DNA of 64,000 nt from a bacterium (lineage in GTDB: Bacteria > UBA8248), in assembly GCA_965204535.1 (NCBI GenBank), contig OZ241996.1:1248001-1312000 (forward strand), read 5' to 3'. The position numbers and the translations under genes were made by a program. Shown in pieces: positions 18,835 to 28,331 of this stretch. Every line of letters starts with the position of its first letter. Position 1 is the stretch's first letter. Below the pieces are notes generated by a model. It had not been told where the DNA came from. It searched no databases and saw only the letters and a program-made list of their open reading frames with translations.

Positions 18835-19941
18835 CTATTTGAAGCGCTTGATGAATTCGGCGCGCGTCGCCTTGAACTTCTTCTGTGCGGCGACCCAGTC
18901 CTTGAGACCCAGAAGCTTGTGCTTGCTCAGGTCGAGGAGGTAGGGCTGCACAACCTTGGGCGGCTTGTAGCCGGCGCGGAAGCTGTAAATGGCTTCGCCT
19001 TCCACGTATACGTCGGTGCCTTCCTTGGTGAGGAGGAATTCAACCAACAGTTTGCCGGCGTTGGGGTTCGGCGCGCCGTTCAGGACGGCCGCCTGGTTGC
19101 CCAGCATAACCTGGCCTTCTTTGTAGTAGCCGATCCTGAGGACTTTGGCGAGCTCGGGCTTCTTGAGGACGTTCTGATACACACGGCCCGAGAGGTTCCA
19201 GGGGTCGAGGCCGCGTTCGCAGTTGATGAGCACCTGCATCTTGGGCTCGGTGCGGAACATGACGACGGGCTTCGTGGCCTTGAGAGCGTCCCAGTACTTG
19301 TTCATGTCCATGCCGTTCTCGATGAGCGAGATGACGGTGTTGGTGTAGGTGAAGCTCTTGGTGATGTCGCCGGCGATGGTCTGGCTCATCACTTTTTTGG
19401 AGATGGTGTCAGAATATTGCGTTACACTGAGATCTTTCATGCCCTTGCAGGCGGTGTTCCATACCGGCTGGAAGGTATAGGCCAGAGGCGTCACGACGTA
19501 GGGGTAGTTCGCGTACTGGCCGGCCTTCTTGATCACAGCCGCGAAGTGCTTGTTCCACTCGGCGCTGTCGAGCTTGTGGTACGCGCCGCGCTTCTGGGCC
19601 GCGGCGAAGAAGCCGGGTGCGCTCACCACGTGGACGTCGACGGTGAACTTCTTGGCCCGCATCTCCTGGCGAACCTGGGAGACGGTGGCGCCTGTGCCCT
19701 TGCGCAGGTTACGGAACTTGAAGCCGTCGCCGAGGCCGTAGTGTTTGGCGAAGGCCGGTCCCATGCGCTTGGCCGTGCGGTCGCTGAACAGAGGGTTGAT
19801 GATAGTGACGGCGCCCTCTTTTTTCGCTGCGCGCACGAGCTCTTTCTGGTTTTTCATCATCGCTTCGGATACGAGCGCGCCCGATGCGAAGACGGCCACC
19901 GCAGCGAGGGCGGCGACGAAGAAACGGATACGGGATTTCAT
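18835..19941 (-). CDS. ABC solute-binding protein, copy 2
   Basis: Near-identical paralog of 17302-18408. Confidence 0.9.
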   Translation of the reverse strand: MKSRIRFFVAALAAVAVFASGALVSEAMMKNQKELVRAAKKEGAVTIINPLFSDRTAKRMGPAFAKHYGLGDGFKFRNLRKGTGATVSQVRQEMRAKKFTVDVHVVSAPGFFAAAQKRGAYHKLDSAEWNKHFAAVIKKAGQYANYPYVVTPLAYTFQPVWNTACKGMKDLSVTQYSDTISKKVMSQTIAGDITKSFTYTNTVISLIENGMDMNKYWDALKATKPVVMFRTEPKMQVLINCERGLDPWNLSGRVYQNVLKKPELAKVLRIGYYKEGQVMLGNQAAVLNGAPNPNAGKLLVEFLLTKEGTDVYVEGEAIYSFRAGYKPPKVVQPYLLDLSKHKLLGLKDWVAAQKKFKATRAEFIKRFK

Positions 19942-20275
19942 CGGGAATCTCCTCATGCAGGAATAGAGAGAGGGCCAAGCCCCCGGTTAATTGAAAAAAA
20001 TCGCTTATTTCGCATTCACCAGAATAACTCTCAGACAGTAAGAAAACGATGCAATAATAGGTTGATTTGTTTACTGTCTGCGAATTTTTGTGGTAGGGAA
20101 GATAGCAGATTCACGGTGTCTGTCAAATGCCGTTTTTTTCCGGCAGGCGATAATTCGTGCCGATTATTCGCACACCTTGGTCAAGAGGCGAGGGAAGGGA
20201 AGCGCCTTACTCGCAGTTCGCGCGGGCAAGAGAATTTCGACGCTTCATCGAGCCGCGGCTCTGTGTGGTTTTCCC

Positions 20276-21136
20276 ATGCAGGATGGAATTTCGAGAGAGG
20301 ATTTTTTGAACGTGAAATCGACCGCTTCATCCCTCGTCCAAAGCCACAGACTGGAAGCCCCCCGGGGTTCGTTCATGGAACATGTGGAGGTGATCCTCAT
20401 CGGGGATGGACCTTATATTCTTTTCGATGCGGGCTACCGCGAGTGCATTCCCGAGATGCTCTCCTGGGTGGAAGCGCGCGCCGGGGATGTGCTGGAAAAA
20501 CTGATTCTGACCCACCACCACTTCGACCACTCGGGCGGCGCCGAAGCGGTCTGCGAGCGATTCAATGTTCCGGCCTACGGCCATCCCCTGGAGATGCGAT
20601 TGCTCGAAGAGGAACAGCCGGGTCTATCGGTTTCTCCGATCAGGGAAGGGGAATTCGTCGAGTTGGGGAATATGCGGTTCGAGGCTATCCTTACGCCGGG
20701 TCATTCCCCCGGGCATCTTTCTTTCTGGTGGGCGGAGGAGAGGATATTGCTGGGAGGCGACAACATTCTCCTCCCCTCCACGACGGCGGTGACCGCTCCC
20801 AAGGGGAATCTGGGGGACTACCTCGAATCTCTGGAGAAGGTGAAGAAACTCGCGCCTCGCCTCATCTATCCCGGCCACGGCCCGGTGATCGAAGACCCGA
20901 TTGGCCGCATCGACGAACTCATCGAGCATCGCAAGATGCGCGATGCGCAGTATCTCGAGGCCCTGGAAGAGGGCCACGACACGCCGGCCAAGATAGCGGA
21001 ACTGATATATCAGGATTTGCCGGAACGCCAGAGAGAGCTGGGCGCCAGCGTGATAGAACTGCATCTGGAACGGTTCGTGAAATCAGGAGAAGTCGCTTGC
21101 GCCGACGGGCGCTATTCATTGACGGGTTCGCTTTAA
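20276..21136 (+). CDS. MBL-fold metallo-hydrolase (LACTB2-like); start uncertain
   Basis: THHHFDHSGG, TPGHSPGH, GGD, YPGHG. Confidence 0.88.
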   Translation: MQDGISREDFLNVKSTASSLVQSHRLEAPRGSFMEHVEVILIGDGPYILFDAGYRECIPEMLSWVEARAGDVLEKLILTHHHFDHSGGAEAVCERFNVPAYGHPLEMRLLEEEQPGLSVSPIREGEFVELGNMRFEAILTPGHSPGHLSFWWAEERILLGGDNILLPSTTAVTAPKGNLGDYLESLEKVKKLAPRLIYPGHGPVIEDPIGRIDELIEHRKMRDAQYLEALEEGHDTPAKIAELIYQDLPERQRELGASVIELHLERFVKSGEVACADGRYSLTGSL

Positions 21137-21148
21137 GGGAGAGGGCTT

Positions 21149-21958
21149 TTGCTCACCAACTGTCACACGCTGGTTCTGCGGGCGCTGCTGGAGCGCCACC
21201 CCGAGATGCCTCATCCCGGGGATGACGCCTACGTCTACAACGTGGCGCCCGACTCCCTGCCCCTCTCAGGGGAATTCAAGCCCCGGGACACCCACCGCTT
21301 CGCCCCGCCTGAGGGCGTGATGGAGCGATTCCCGAAACTCTTGTGGGTGAAATGCCATCTGGTGGTCGACAACCTGTGTCACTACGGGAGCGTCGCCAAG
21401 AAAAAGAGCGGATTGTCTCCCTCTCAAAAACAGGGTTACACCTACCGCAAGGGGGTTGAACTCATCCCATTGATGCGCGAATTCACGCAAGAATTGGGCG
21501 TTGCGCCCGATGAGGCGAGCCTCCACTATCTTGCGCACATTCTGGTGGAAATCGCGGTCGACTACGCCATCCATCTCGACGACGGGACCGTGGGAGAGCA
21601 GCTTCGCGATGCGCAGGACGCGATGACGGAAGCGCAAAAACGCGACTACGCCGAGGGTCTCGGCGCCTTGTATGGCTGTAAGCCTGAGAAAGTCGCGCGG
21701 GCGCGCGGCGCTCCCCGTAAGTTCTATGGAGATTGGCACGACGTGGAGCATCTCTTCGTGAATGGACGGACGAAAATCGTTCTGAGGAAGCTCGGGTTGC
21801 CCTTCAGCGAGGAGAACACGGAGCGGACGTGCCGCCTCATCGAAGAGGGGGCGCGGTTGACGAGCGATTACATGGATTTCATTGATGAGTCCGTGGATGC
21901 GCTCTCGGATTGGGCGGCCTGGGAAGGAGAGGTCGCCATAGAGGGCGCGGGTTTTTGA
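21149..21958 (+). CDS. hypothetical protein, possibly Zn-dependent phospholipase C/P1-like fold
   Basis: N-terminal His, APD, CHLVVDNLCH and HILVEIAVD metal-ligand-like spacing. Confidence 0.55.
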   Translation: MLTNCHTLVLRALLERHPEMPHPGDDAYVYNVAPDSLPLSGEFKPRDTHRFAPPEGVMERFPKLLWVKCHLVVDNLCHYGSVAKKKSGLSPSQKQGYTYRKGVELIPLMREFTQELGVAPDEASLHYLAHILVEIAVDYAIHLDDGTVGEQLRDAQDAMTEAQKRDYAEGLGALYGCKPEKVARARGAPRKFYGDWHDVEHLFVNGRTKIVLRKLGLPFSEENTERTCRLIEEGARLTSDYMDFIDESVDALSDWAAWEGEVAIEGAGF

Positions 21959-22121
21959 CTTCGCGCACATCGCCGGTGAAACATTATGGAAATTATCCGT
22001 CCGTCTGCATGAGGACTTTGCCGGGCATTAGCCGGGCATTAGAAAAGGGGCATCCGGGCGAGGTAGACCGCCCCTGCGTTCGAGTGAGTATTTTTTCCGA
22101 GGGAAGCGGGGCGACGGGTGG

Positions 22122-22289
22122 TCAATCCTGGGCTGGCGGGCGTGGCGACAGCCAGCCTTCCATCACGCCTTCGATGTGTGATATCCGCGCTTCGAGTCCG
22201 CTTATTTTTCGCCACAGGGAAAACCAGCCCAGTCCGAACAGGATGATCATCGGGAAGTTGGATTGATCCAGCAATGTGACCCAGTTCAT
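22122..22289 (-). CDS. small 55-aa membrane/coiled-coil protein, absent from the ORF track
   Basis: MNWVTLLDQSNFPMIILFGLGWFSLWRKISGLEARISHIEGVMEGWLSPRPPAQD; AAGGA RBS upstream. Confidence 0.65.
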   Translation of the reverse strand: MNWVTLLDQSNFPMIILFGLGWFSLWRKISGLEARISHIEGVMEGWLSPRPPAQD

Positions 22290-22546
22290 TGTATTCTATC
22301 CTTATAAAGAAAAGAAAGGTAGCTGGGTCCCCAGATACAATTAAGTCCTGGCACATATGTTCAAGCACATCAATCCTCCCGTTCAGGGAGGTTGTTTCAA
22401 CGCCGCTGGCCAAGCGAAAAACACCGCAAAATACGACGCCCTTCCGCGCTATTTTTCCAGTTTTTGCGCAGGAAAATCCTGTAGTTTCAGGTTTATTTCT
22501 GCTTCTGCGACGAGCCGGATTTTTCCGGCCGTCGGAGTTGCGAGTT

Positions 22547-22819
22547 CTAGTTCACGGAGGCCTTCAGGCCCGCTCCCGCCTTGAACTTCGGCACGGTGGC
22601 CGCCGCCACCATAATCTCCTCGCCCGTTCTCGGGTTGCGCGCCTTGCGGGCCGCCCGCTGGGAGACGCTGAATGTGCCGAAGCCCGTGAGCGTCACCTTA
22701 TCTCCGCTCTTGAGCGCCGAGGTTACGGCGCCCACGAATGCGTCGACTACGCCCTGGGCGCTCGACTTGCTCAGGTTCGCCTGTGCGGCGATGGCGTCTG
22801 CGAGTTCACCTTTGTTCAT
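22547..22819 (-). CDS. hup: HU family DNA-binding protein
   Basis: MNKGELADAIA, GFGTF, ARNPRTGE, PKFKAG. Confidence 0.96.
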   Translation of the reverse strand: MNKGELADAIAAQANLSKSSAQGVVDAFVGAVTSALKSGDKVTLTGFGTFSVSQRAARKARNPRTGEEIMVAAATVPKFKAGAGLKASVN

Positions 22820-23039
22820 TTCTTCTTCTCCTCTTTCGCCCTGAGCGGCGCGCGGGCGGTGCGTGCGCGCTCACGCCTTCTCTGTTTGCTGAAACGATAT
22901 CCAACAACAGAAATCCAAAAATGTTTTAGGCGGAAATGAAATACAGGGCGGGCAATTCCTTAATGACGAGCGAATTATAGCTATCTATGCCATTGCTTGC
23001 AAGCGCAAAACGCTTGTCTGTCAAGGGATCGCGCTGAAG

Positions 23040-24284
23040 TCACCGGGCGGGGAATTTCCACATGGCATCGTTGCCGACCATCTGATCGTAGGAGAAAAGC
23101 GCGACGCCGTCGGAGCCGGCCGTTCGGGCGGCGCGCCATTCGCGCCACAGGCCCGCCGGGTTTTTGGTGAACAGGTATGCGCCCAGTCCGATAACGACCC
23201 CGGGTGCATGCGGAGTCGGGGTTTTCACTCTCCTGGCGGCGAGTGCGCTTCGGCTGATTTGAGCGGCCAGATGTACATCCCCGGTATAGTTCATGACCAC
23301 GGCCTTATGGAGAAACCCTTTTTCGAGCCAGCCCCGCCAGTCCTGAAACGAGGATAGATAGGCGCGTTCCGACCAGGGAAGAACTGCAGCAGAAACAATC
23401 ACTTGTCTCCTTAAACCTATGGTGGTTTCATAAACACCGCGAACCGCCGCCGTGACTTGCGCGCGGCGCCAGGCATCCCATGCCGTCGTGTCGGCGCGCT
23501 TCACGCTTGCGCCGGCGCGCGGCGCGGTTTTCCGGGTTTCTTGCGCGAAACGGGCGGCCGAGGCCTCGTTGTAGCCGAAATCGAGACGCGGGGAAAAACG
23601 CGACCCCGGCGATATGGGAAGCGCATAGGGGTAGCGGATGAAATCGAGGTGGACCCCCGCAAGGCGCGGGTAGTTCCGCACGAGGTGCGCCGCGACGTCT
23701 ATGATGCGTTTTCGTACCCCCAAGTTACCTGGATCGAGAAAAATTCCCGGTGTTCCGAGACCAAAGCCTTGTGCCCAAGCGGGTTTTCCCGAAGGTGGAT
23801 ATTCAAGTAGCGAGCGCCCGTATTGATCCTTCAGCACGGCTTCTTTCCCGAGTTCACGAATGATGGGCGCTTTTTTGTTTCTCGCGAGCGCGAATGCGTT
23901 TATCCATGCATGGACCCTGAGCGGGCGCTCGGATTCCTCGCCTCGGGAGGCCAGATCGAGCAACAAGGCCAGCGGGTCTTGCCCGGCGCGTTTAGCGGGA
24001 GAGTCATCGGCCAACGACGTTGCGAACCACGCGCGGCCCGAGCGGTAGACCTGCGCGTAGATGTCCGTAACGCCGGCGGCGCGCGCGCGCTTTACCAGTG
24101 CCTTGATTTTATCTGCGCTGTCCAAGGTTCTGTTCGCGCCTTCCGCCTGCACCCAAAGGCCGACTTCGAAAGATTTGGGCGCGAAGTGGCGCACGAGAAA
24201 ATTCTCGTGAAACGAAGAACATCCAGAAACCAGGAGCGCGATGAGCAAGAGACAGGGCGCGCCTGTGCGGGGGAATCGATTCAT
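23040..24284 (-). CDS. GHL10/YddW (DUF187) glycoside hydrolase-like lipoprotein
   Basis: Lipobox-like LVSGC, DPLA, VHAWIN, LDPG, GVHLDFIRYP, QDWRGWL. Confidence 0.82.
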   Translation of the reverse strand: MNRFPRTGAPCLLLIALLVSGCSSFHENFLVRHFAPKSFEVGLWVQAEGANRTLDSADKIKALVKRARAAGVTDIYAQVYRSGRAWFATSLADDSPAKRAGQDPLALLLDLASRGEESERPLRVHAWINAFALARNKKAPIIRELGKEAVLKDQYGRSLLEYPPSGKPAWAQGFGLGTPGIFLDPGNLGVRKRIIDVAAHLVRNYPRLAGVHLDFIRYPYALPISPGSRFSPRLDFGYNEASAARFAQETRKTAPRAGASVKRADTTAWDAWRRAQVTAAVRGVYETTIGLRRQVIVSAAVLPWSERAYLSSFQDWRGWLEKGFLHKAVVMNYTGDVHLAAQISRSALAARRVKTPTPHAPGVVIGLGAYLFTKNPAGLWREWRAARTAGSDGVALFSYDQMVGNDAMWKFPAR

Positions 24285-24429
24285 GCGGGATTTTCCGCGG
24301 GCGGGAACAGATGCGCACAAACTACACTTTGCGCCGGGGGGAGGTCAACGGAAAACCCAAGGATTCGAGAAAAAAGTGTCGTCGATTTTCTCCATCGTCC
24401 CTTTATATGCCATCCGGTTTTTCTCTTTT

Positions 24430-24852
24430 TCAGCGCCCCAGAATCTGCTCTAAGAGAATATCCACCTCCGTAGGATATCCTCTTCTCTCCCGCATTCTTT
24501 CCCGCATCGTCAGCACGACACCGGTAATCGCCTGGTCCTGCATCTTCCGCTCGAAATTCGTTGCCGTCGGAGGTAGTGCATTTTCCATTTCTTTGATTAT
24601 GTCATGCATTAAAACGGTTTCCCTGATTTCCCACTTCAGATTGTTGATCTGTTGTCTGTCTGTAGAACTTATACCGAGAGTTTTCTCGATATTGGTACTT
24701 ACCGCCCATCCTTTCATTGACTCATCTCGATAGAGATAGCCGACGCGCTCACCATTGATGTGGACGTATATTTCTTTTCTCTTGGAGCCTTGAAAGATAC
24801 ACGCCTTCGTAAACGTAACTTGTGAACGCATGGATTCTTCTTCCTTTCTCAT
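24430..24852 (-). CDS. hypothetical protein with lower GC
   Basis: 140-aa ORF, no recognisable motif; start may be MRSQV. Confidence 0.55.
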   Translation of the reverse strand: MRKEEESMRSQVTFTKACIFQGSKRKEIYVHINGERVGYLYRDESMKGWAVSTNIEKTLGISSTDRQQINNLKWEIRETVLMHDIIKEMENALPPTATNFERKMQDQAITGVVLTMRERMRERRGYPTEVDILLEQILGR

Positions 24853-24903
24853 TCGGGAATGAATGCCGCGCGAACGAGCGCCTTCGCGCGGTCTCCATTC
24901 CCG

Positions 24904-25464
24904 CTACTCGGCGTTCAGCGCTCGTTTTGTCGCCGAGGCTGCTTCGGCCAGCGCTTCTTGTTCCGCCTCGGGCATGGCCTCGCCCTGAATTTCACGGTAT
25001 GCCTCGATAGCGTTTTGGGTCGATATCCCTCCCTCGAGCGCGTCCCAGCCGGCCAGCGCCGCGCCCAGGTGAGCCGCTTCGGGCGCTGCGGCGTGCTTCG
25101 AGGCGATGGCGTCGATATCCACCGAGGCGATGCGGATATCGCGGCCATGGATGGTGCTTTGCATGTTGAGAACGAGGACGCCGCCCGGTTTGAGCGCATT
25201 GCCCATCGGAGGCACGACGGCGAGGAGGGGGTCGCAGACGATTTCCAGATCGTATTCCGCCGGGATGGCGAGGTCGGACAGTTGTTCGCGTGAAATTTTC
25301 ACCACGGCTCGGTCGGGAGAACCCGGGGGAGAGGGAAAGCCGGGCGTGCGCACCTGGGCGGAGAACTCGGCCTGGTTGGCTGCGCCGGCGAAGATGCGCG
25401 CCGTGCTCAGGAAAAGAGCCTCCCCGCCGATTTCGCGTCTTCCATGAAAACAAACCACGCGCAT
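24904..25464 (-). CDS. divergent 2-oxoacid:ferredoxin oxidoreductase gamma-subunit-like protein
   Basis: FHGR..GG N-terminus, VKIS, DLEIVCDP, LKPGGVLVLN, IA/LGA pattern. Confidence 0.55.
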   Translation of the reverse strand: MRVVCFHGRREIGGEALFLSTARIFAGAANQAEFSAQVRTPGFPSPPGSPDRAVVKISREQLSDLAIPAEYDLEIVCDPLLAVVPPMGNALKPGGVLVLNMQSTIHGRDIRIASVDIDAIASKHAAAPEAAHLGAALAGWDALEGGISTQNAIEAYREIQGEAMPEAEQEALAEAASATKRALNAE

Positions 25465-25658
25465 GTTGTATTCCCGTTCTCAAGGAGAAAAAACACAAAC
25501 CCTTCAACTGCCATATCAAATACGAAGTTTCTTTTCCATGTTTCAAGTTGACATCGAAAACGCGCGCTCGCAATATGGCCCCAGGGAATTTCCCCAATAC
25601 CTGCGTTTCCGAAGTTTCTCCTCGCGTGGGCAGTGGAGCAAAAAATGGAGAGTGCGGT

Positions 25659-27053
25659 TTGAGCAAGAAGTTCAAGATATTCACATACGGCTGCCAGATG
25701 AACCGCTACGATACCGAGACGATTACCGGGTATCTGGAGGCCGAAGGGTATGAGGAGACCGAATCGAACGAAGCGGCCGACCTCATCCTGCTGAACACCT
25801 GCTCGATTCGCGACAAGGCGGAGCAGAAGGTCTATAGCCAGCTCGGGCGTCTCGACAAGCTCAAAAAATTGAATCCCGCTCTCAAAGTCGGCGTGTGCGG
25901 CTGTTTCGCCACGCGTGACGGGGAGGCGATTGCGAAGCGCGGCAAGGCGGTCGACCTCGTCTTCGGCACCCAGAACATCGCCAAGCTCCCGATGCTGCTT
26001 GAGGAGATGGAAGAGCGCCGGGTGGTCGATACCGAGCCGATACCGCCCGATTTTACCGAACTCGCTCCGATGGTGCGCGGCGGCGGCCTGAACGCCTTCG
26101 TGAGCATCGCGCGCGGCTGCGATAATTTCTGCACCTTCTGCGTCGTGCCCTACACGCGCGGACCCGAGTGGAGCAAGCCGAGCGAACTCATCGTGGACGA
26201 AGTCGAGCGCGCGGTGGGGGAGGGCTTTCGCGAGGTCACCCTCCTCGGCCAGAACGTGAACTCCTACGGCCGCAAGTCCCCGGATGAGCTTACCTTCGGC
26301 GGTCTGCTGAGGCGTCTGAACGAGGTGGACGACCTCGAGCGCATCCGCTTCATGACGTCGCATCCCAAGGATTGCGATGAGGACATGGTCGACGCGATGG
26401 GGGAATCCCCAAAAGTGTGCGAGCACCTTCATCTTCCGGTTCAATCGGGGGCGGACGCGGTGCTCGCGCGCATGGAGCGCGGCTATACGGCGGAGGAATA
26501 TCTCGAAAAAGTCTCTCTCTTCCGGGAGCGCGTGAAGGACGGCGTGTTGACTTCCGACGTCATCATCGGCTTCCCCGGCGAGCGGGATGCCGATTTCGAG
26601 GATACGCTCCGCGTCTTGCGCGAGGCGCGTTACGACAACATCTATATGTTCAAATACTCCCCCCGGCCCGGAACGCCCGCGTTCGACATGGAAGATACCC
26701 TGCCCGAGGAAGTACTGTCGGAGCGCTTCGAGGAGGCCAGCCGGGTGCAGCGCGAGGTGACGGAGAATCTGCATGCGGAGCTCGTCGGGAGCAGCCAGCA
26801 GGTGATGGTCGAGAGCGCGGTGAAGCCCAAGAGCGCACCCGCCGGATGCGCGGGCTGCCCTGATTTTGCGGATGAGCGGGACTCGAACTGGTTTGCGGGT
26901 CGCAGTCGAGGCAATCACAGGGTACAATTATATGCGGAGGGTTTTACGCCCGAGCCTGGAGACGTGGTCGAGGTGAAAATCATGAGGGGCGGCATTCACT
27001 CTCTGGCGGGCGTCTCGCCGCCAAGCGCCGCGGCGATGGAGGAAGGGGAATGA
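25659..27053 (+). CDS. miaB: tRNA ms2i6A37 methylthiotransferase
   Basis: TYGCQMN, NTCSIRDKAEQK, GCDNFCTFCVVP radical SAM motif, YSPRPGTPA, TRAM domain. Confidence 0.96.
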   Translation: MSKKFKIFTYGCQMNRYDTETITGYLEAEGYEETESNEAADLILLNTCSIRDKAEQKVYSQLGRLDKLKKLNPALKVGVCGCFATRDGEAIAKRGKAVDLVFGTQNIAKLPMLLEEMEERRVVDTEPIPPDFTELAPMVRGGGLNAFVSIARGCDNFCTFCVVPYTRGPEWSKPSELIVDEVERAVGEGFREVTLLGQNVNSYGRKSPDELTFGGLLRRLNEVDDLERIRFMTSHPKDCDEDMVDAMGESPKVCEHLHLPVQSGADAVLARMERGYTAEEYLEKVSLFRERVKDGVLTSDVIIGFPGERDADFEDTLRVLREARYDNIYMFKYSPRPGTPAFDMEDTLPEEVLSERFEEASRVQREVTENLHAELVGSSQQVMVESAVKPKSAPAGCAGCPDFADERDSNWFAGRSRGNHRVQLYAEGFTPEPGDVVEVKIMRGGIHSLAGVSPPSAAAMEEGE

Positions 27054-27613
27054 TGATCGAGATGAAAGTCAAGGGCCTCACGCTCGATCCGCACACCAAC
27101 GTGCCGATTGTGGTGCTGCGCGAGACCGAAGGCGATCGAGCGCTGCCCATCTGGGTGGGTATTTTCGAGGCGCACGCCATCGCGCGCGAGATTGAGAGCT
27201 TCGAGACGCCGCGTCCGATGACCCACGATCTGATCAAGAACATGATCAACGACTTGAAGGGCCGGGTGGATAAAATCCTCATCAACGATCTGCGGGACAA
27301 CACATTTTTCGCCGAGATTCATCTTGCCGTAAACGGATCGGAAATCGTCGTCGATTCGAGACCTTCCGACGCCATCGCGGTAGCCCTTCGCATGGGCAGC
27401 CCCATTTTCGTGGAGGAGAAGGTGCTCGAGGAGGCGAAGAGCATCCAGTTCAACGAAGAGGAAGTGAAAGAGGGCGTCTCCGGGATGGAGGCGGGCAGCG
27501 GAGAAGACGCGCCCCCCGAGTCGGAAAAGCCATTGGAGGAAGAGCCCGAGGACATCAAGGAGTGGCTCAAGGACCTCAAGCCCGATGATTTCCTGAAAGA
27601 GGACAACAACTAA
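27050..27613 (+). CDS. bifunctional nuclease (DUF151) family protein
   Basis: LPIWVGIFEA, PRPMTHDL, DSRPSDAIAVALR. Confidence 0.93.
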   Translation: MMIEMKVKGLTLDPHTNVPIVVLRETEGDRALPIWVGIFEAHAIAREIESFETPRPMTHDLIKNMINDLKGRVDKILINDLRDNTFFAEIHLAVNGSEIVVDSRPSDAIAVALRMGSPIFVEEKVLEEAKSIQFNEEEVKEGVSGMEAGSGEDAPPESEKPLEEEPEDIKEWLKDLKPDDFLKEDNN

Positions 27614-27656
27614 GGCGAGGCTCGCCCGGGCGTCGCCCCCACCGGAGTTTTTCGCA

Positions 27657-28304
27657 TTGCTTCTCTATCTCTTGCGGCACGGCGAGACGGACTGGAACGT
27701 CGAACAGCGCATCCAGGGCGTCTCCGATACGGCGCTCAACGACGTAGGCGTAGCGCAGGCCGAAGCGCTCGCCTGCGCGCTGCGCGGCCGCCCGATCGCT
27801 TGCGTCTACGCGAGTCCGCTCAGGCGCGCGAGGCGCACCGCCGAAATCGTCGCGCGAGCTCTCGACGCGCCCCTGCTCGAGGAGGCGGGAATCGCCGAGT
27901 TGAACCAGGGTGAACTCGAGGGAGAGCCTTTTCGCAGACTCCCCGAGACGCACCCCGATTTCATGCGCGTATGGCGGGACCATCCCGCCCGCGCGCGCAT
28001 GCCGGGCGGCGAGACGCTCCCGGAGTTGCAGGAGAGGGCCTGGGCCACGATGGAGCGCTTCCTCGCAGCGCATGAAGATGAAGTCATCGCGGCGGTGAGC
28101 CACAATCTGGCGATCATCATGATCCTGTGCAGGATTCTGGGCGTGGAGCTCGACGGATTCCGGCGGATACGTCAGCACAACGCCGCCATGAACATCATCG
28201 AGCATTCGCCCGAGCGGGGCTGGAGCGTCGTGACGATGAACTCCCTGGCGCACCTTCAGGACGCGCCCGTCTCGGAGCGGAATCCATATCAGCCCTATAT
28301 CTGA
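27657..28304 (+). CDS. histidine phosphatase family protein
   Basis: LRHGETDWN, SPLRRA, PGGE, VSH. Confidence 0.92.
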   Translation: MLLYLLRHGETDWNVEQRIQGVSDTALNDVGVAQAEALACALRGRPIACVYASPLRRARRTAEIVARALDAPLLEEAGIAELNQGELEGEPFRRLPETHPDFMRVWRDHPARARMPGGETLPELQERAWATMERFLAAHEDEVIAAVSHNLAIIMILCRILGVELDGFRRIRQHNAAMNIIEHSPERGWSVVTMNSLAHLQDAPVSERNPYQPYI

Positions 28305-28331
28305 GGATGTGCCGCGGGGGAACTGCGCGGC

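Larger units (their letters stand above)
16950..19980 (-). repeat. tandem duplication, period 1533 bp (SBP gene + terminator + promoter + first codons of permease)
   Basis: SBP starts 18408/19941 and permease-type starts 16982/18515 are both offset by 1533; intergenic blocks align. Confidence 0.9.

Noticed and set aside
18919-21225. 768-aa plus-strand ORF and other long antisense ORFs (e.g. 25407-26927, 40644-41897, 12887-14086)
   Set aside because: They are shadow frames of well-supported genes in GC-rich DNA and contain no motifs.
22020-22042. GCCGGGCATTA duplicated in tandem
   Set aside because: A two-copy 11-bp slippage duplication with no evident function.
22260-22420. Possible 6S RNA or other ncRNA
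   Set aside because: It lacks the long closing stem and central bubble; it is better explained as the leader of the 55-aa ORF.
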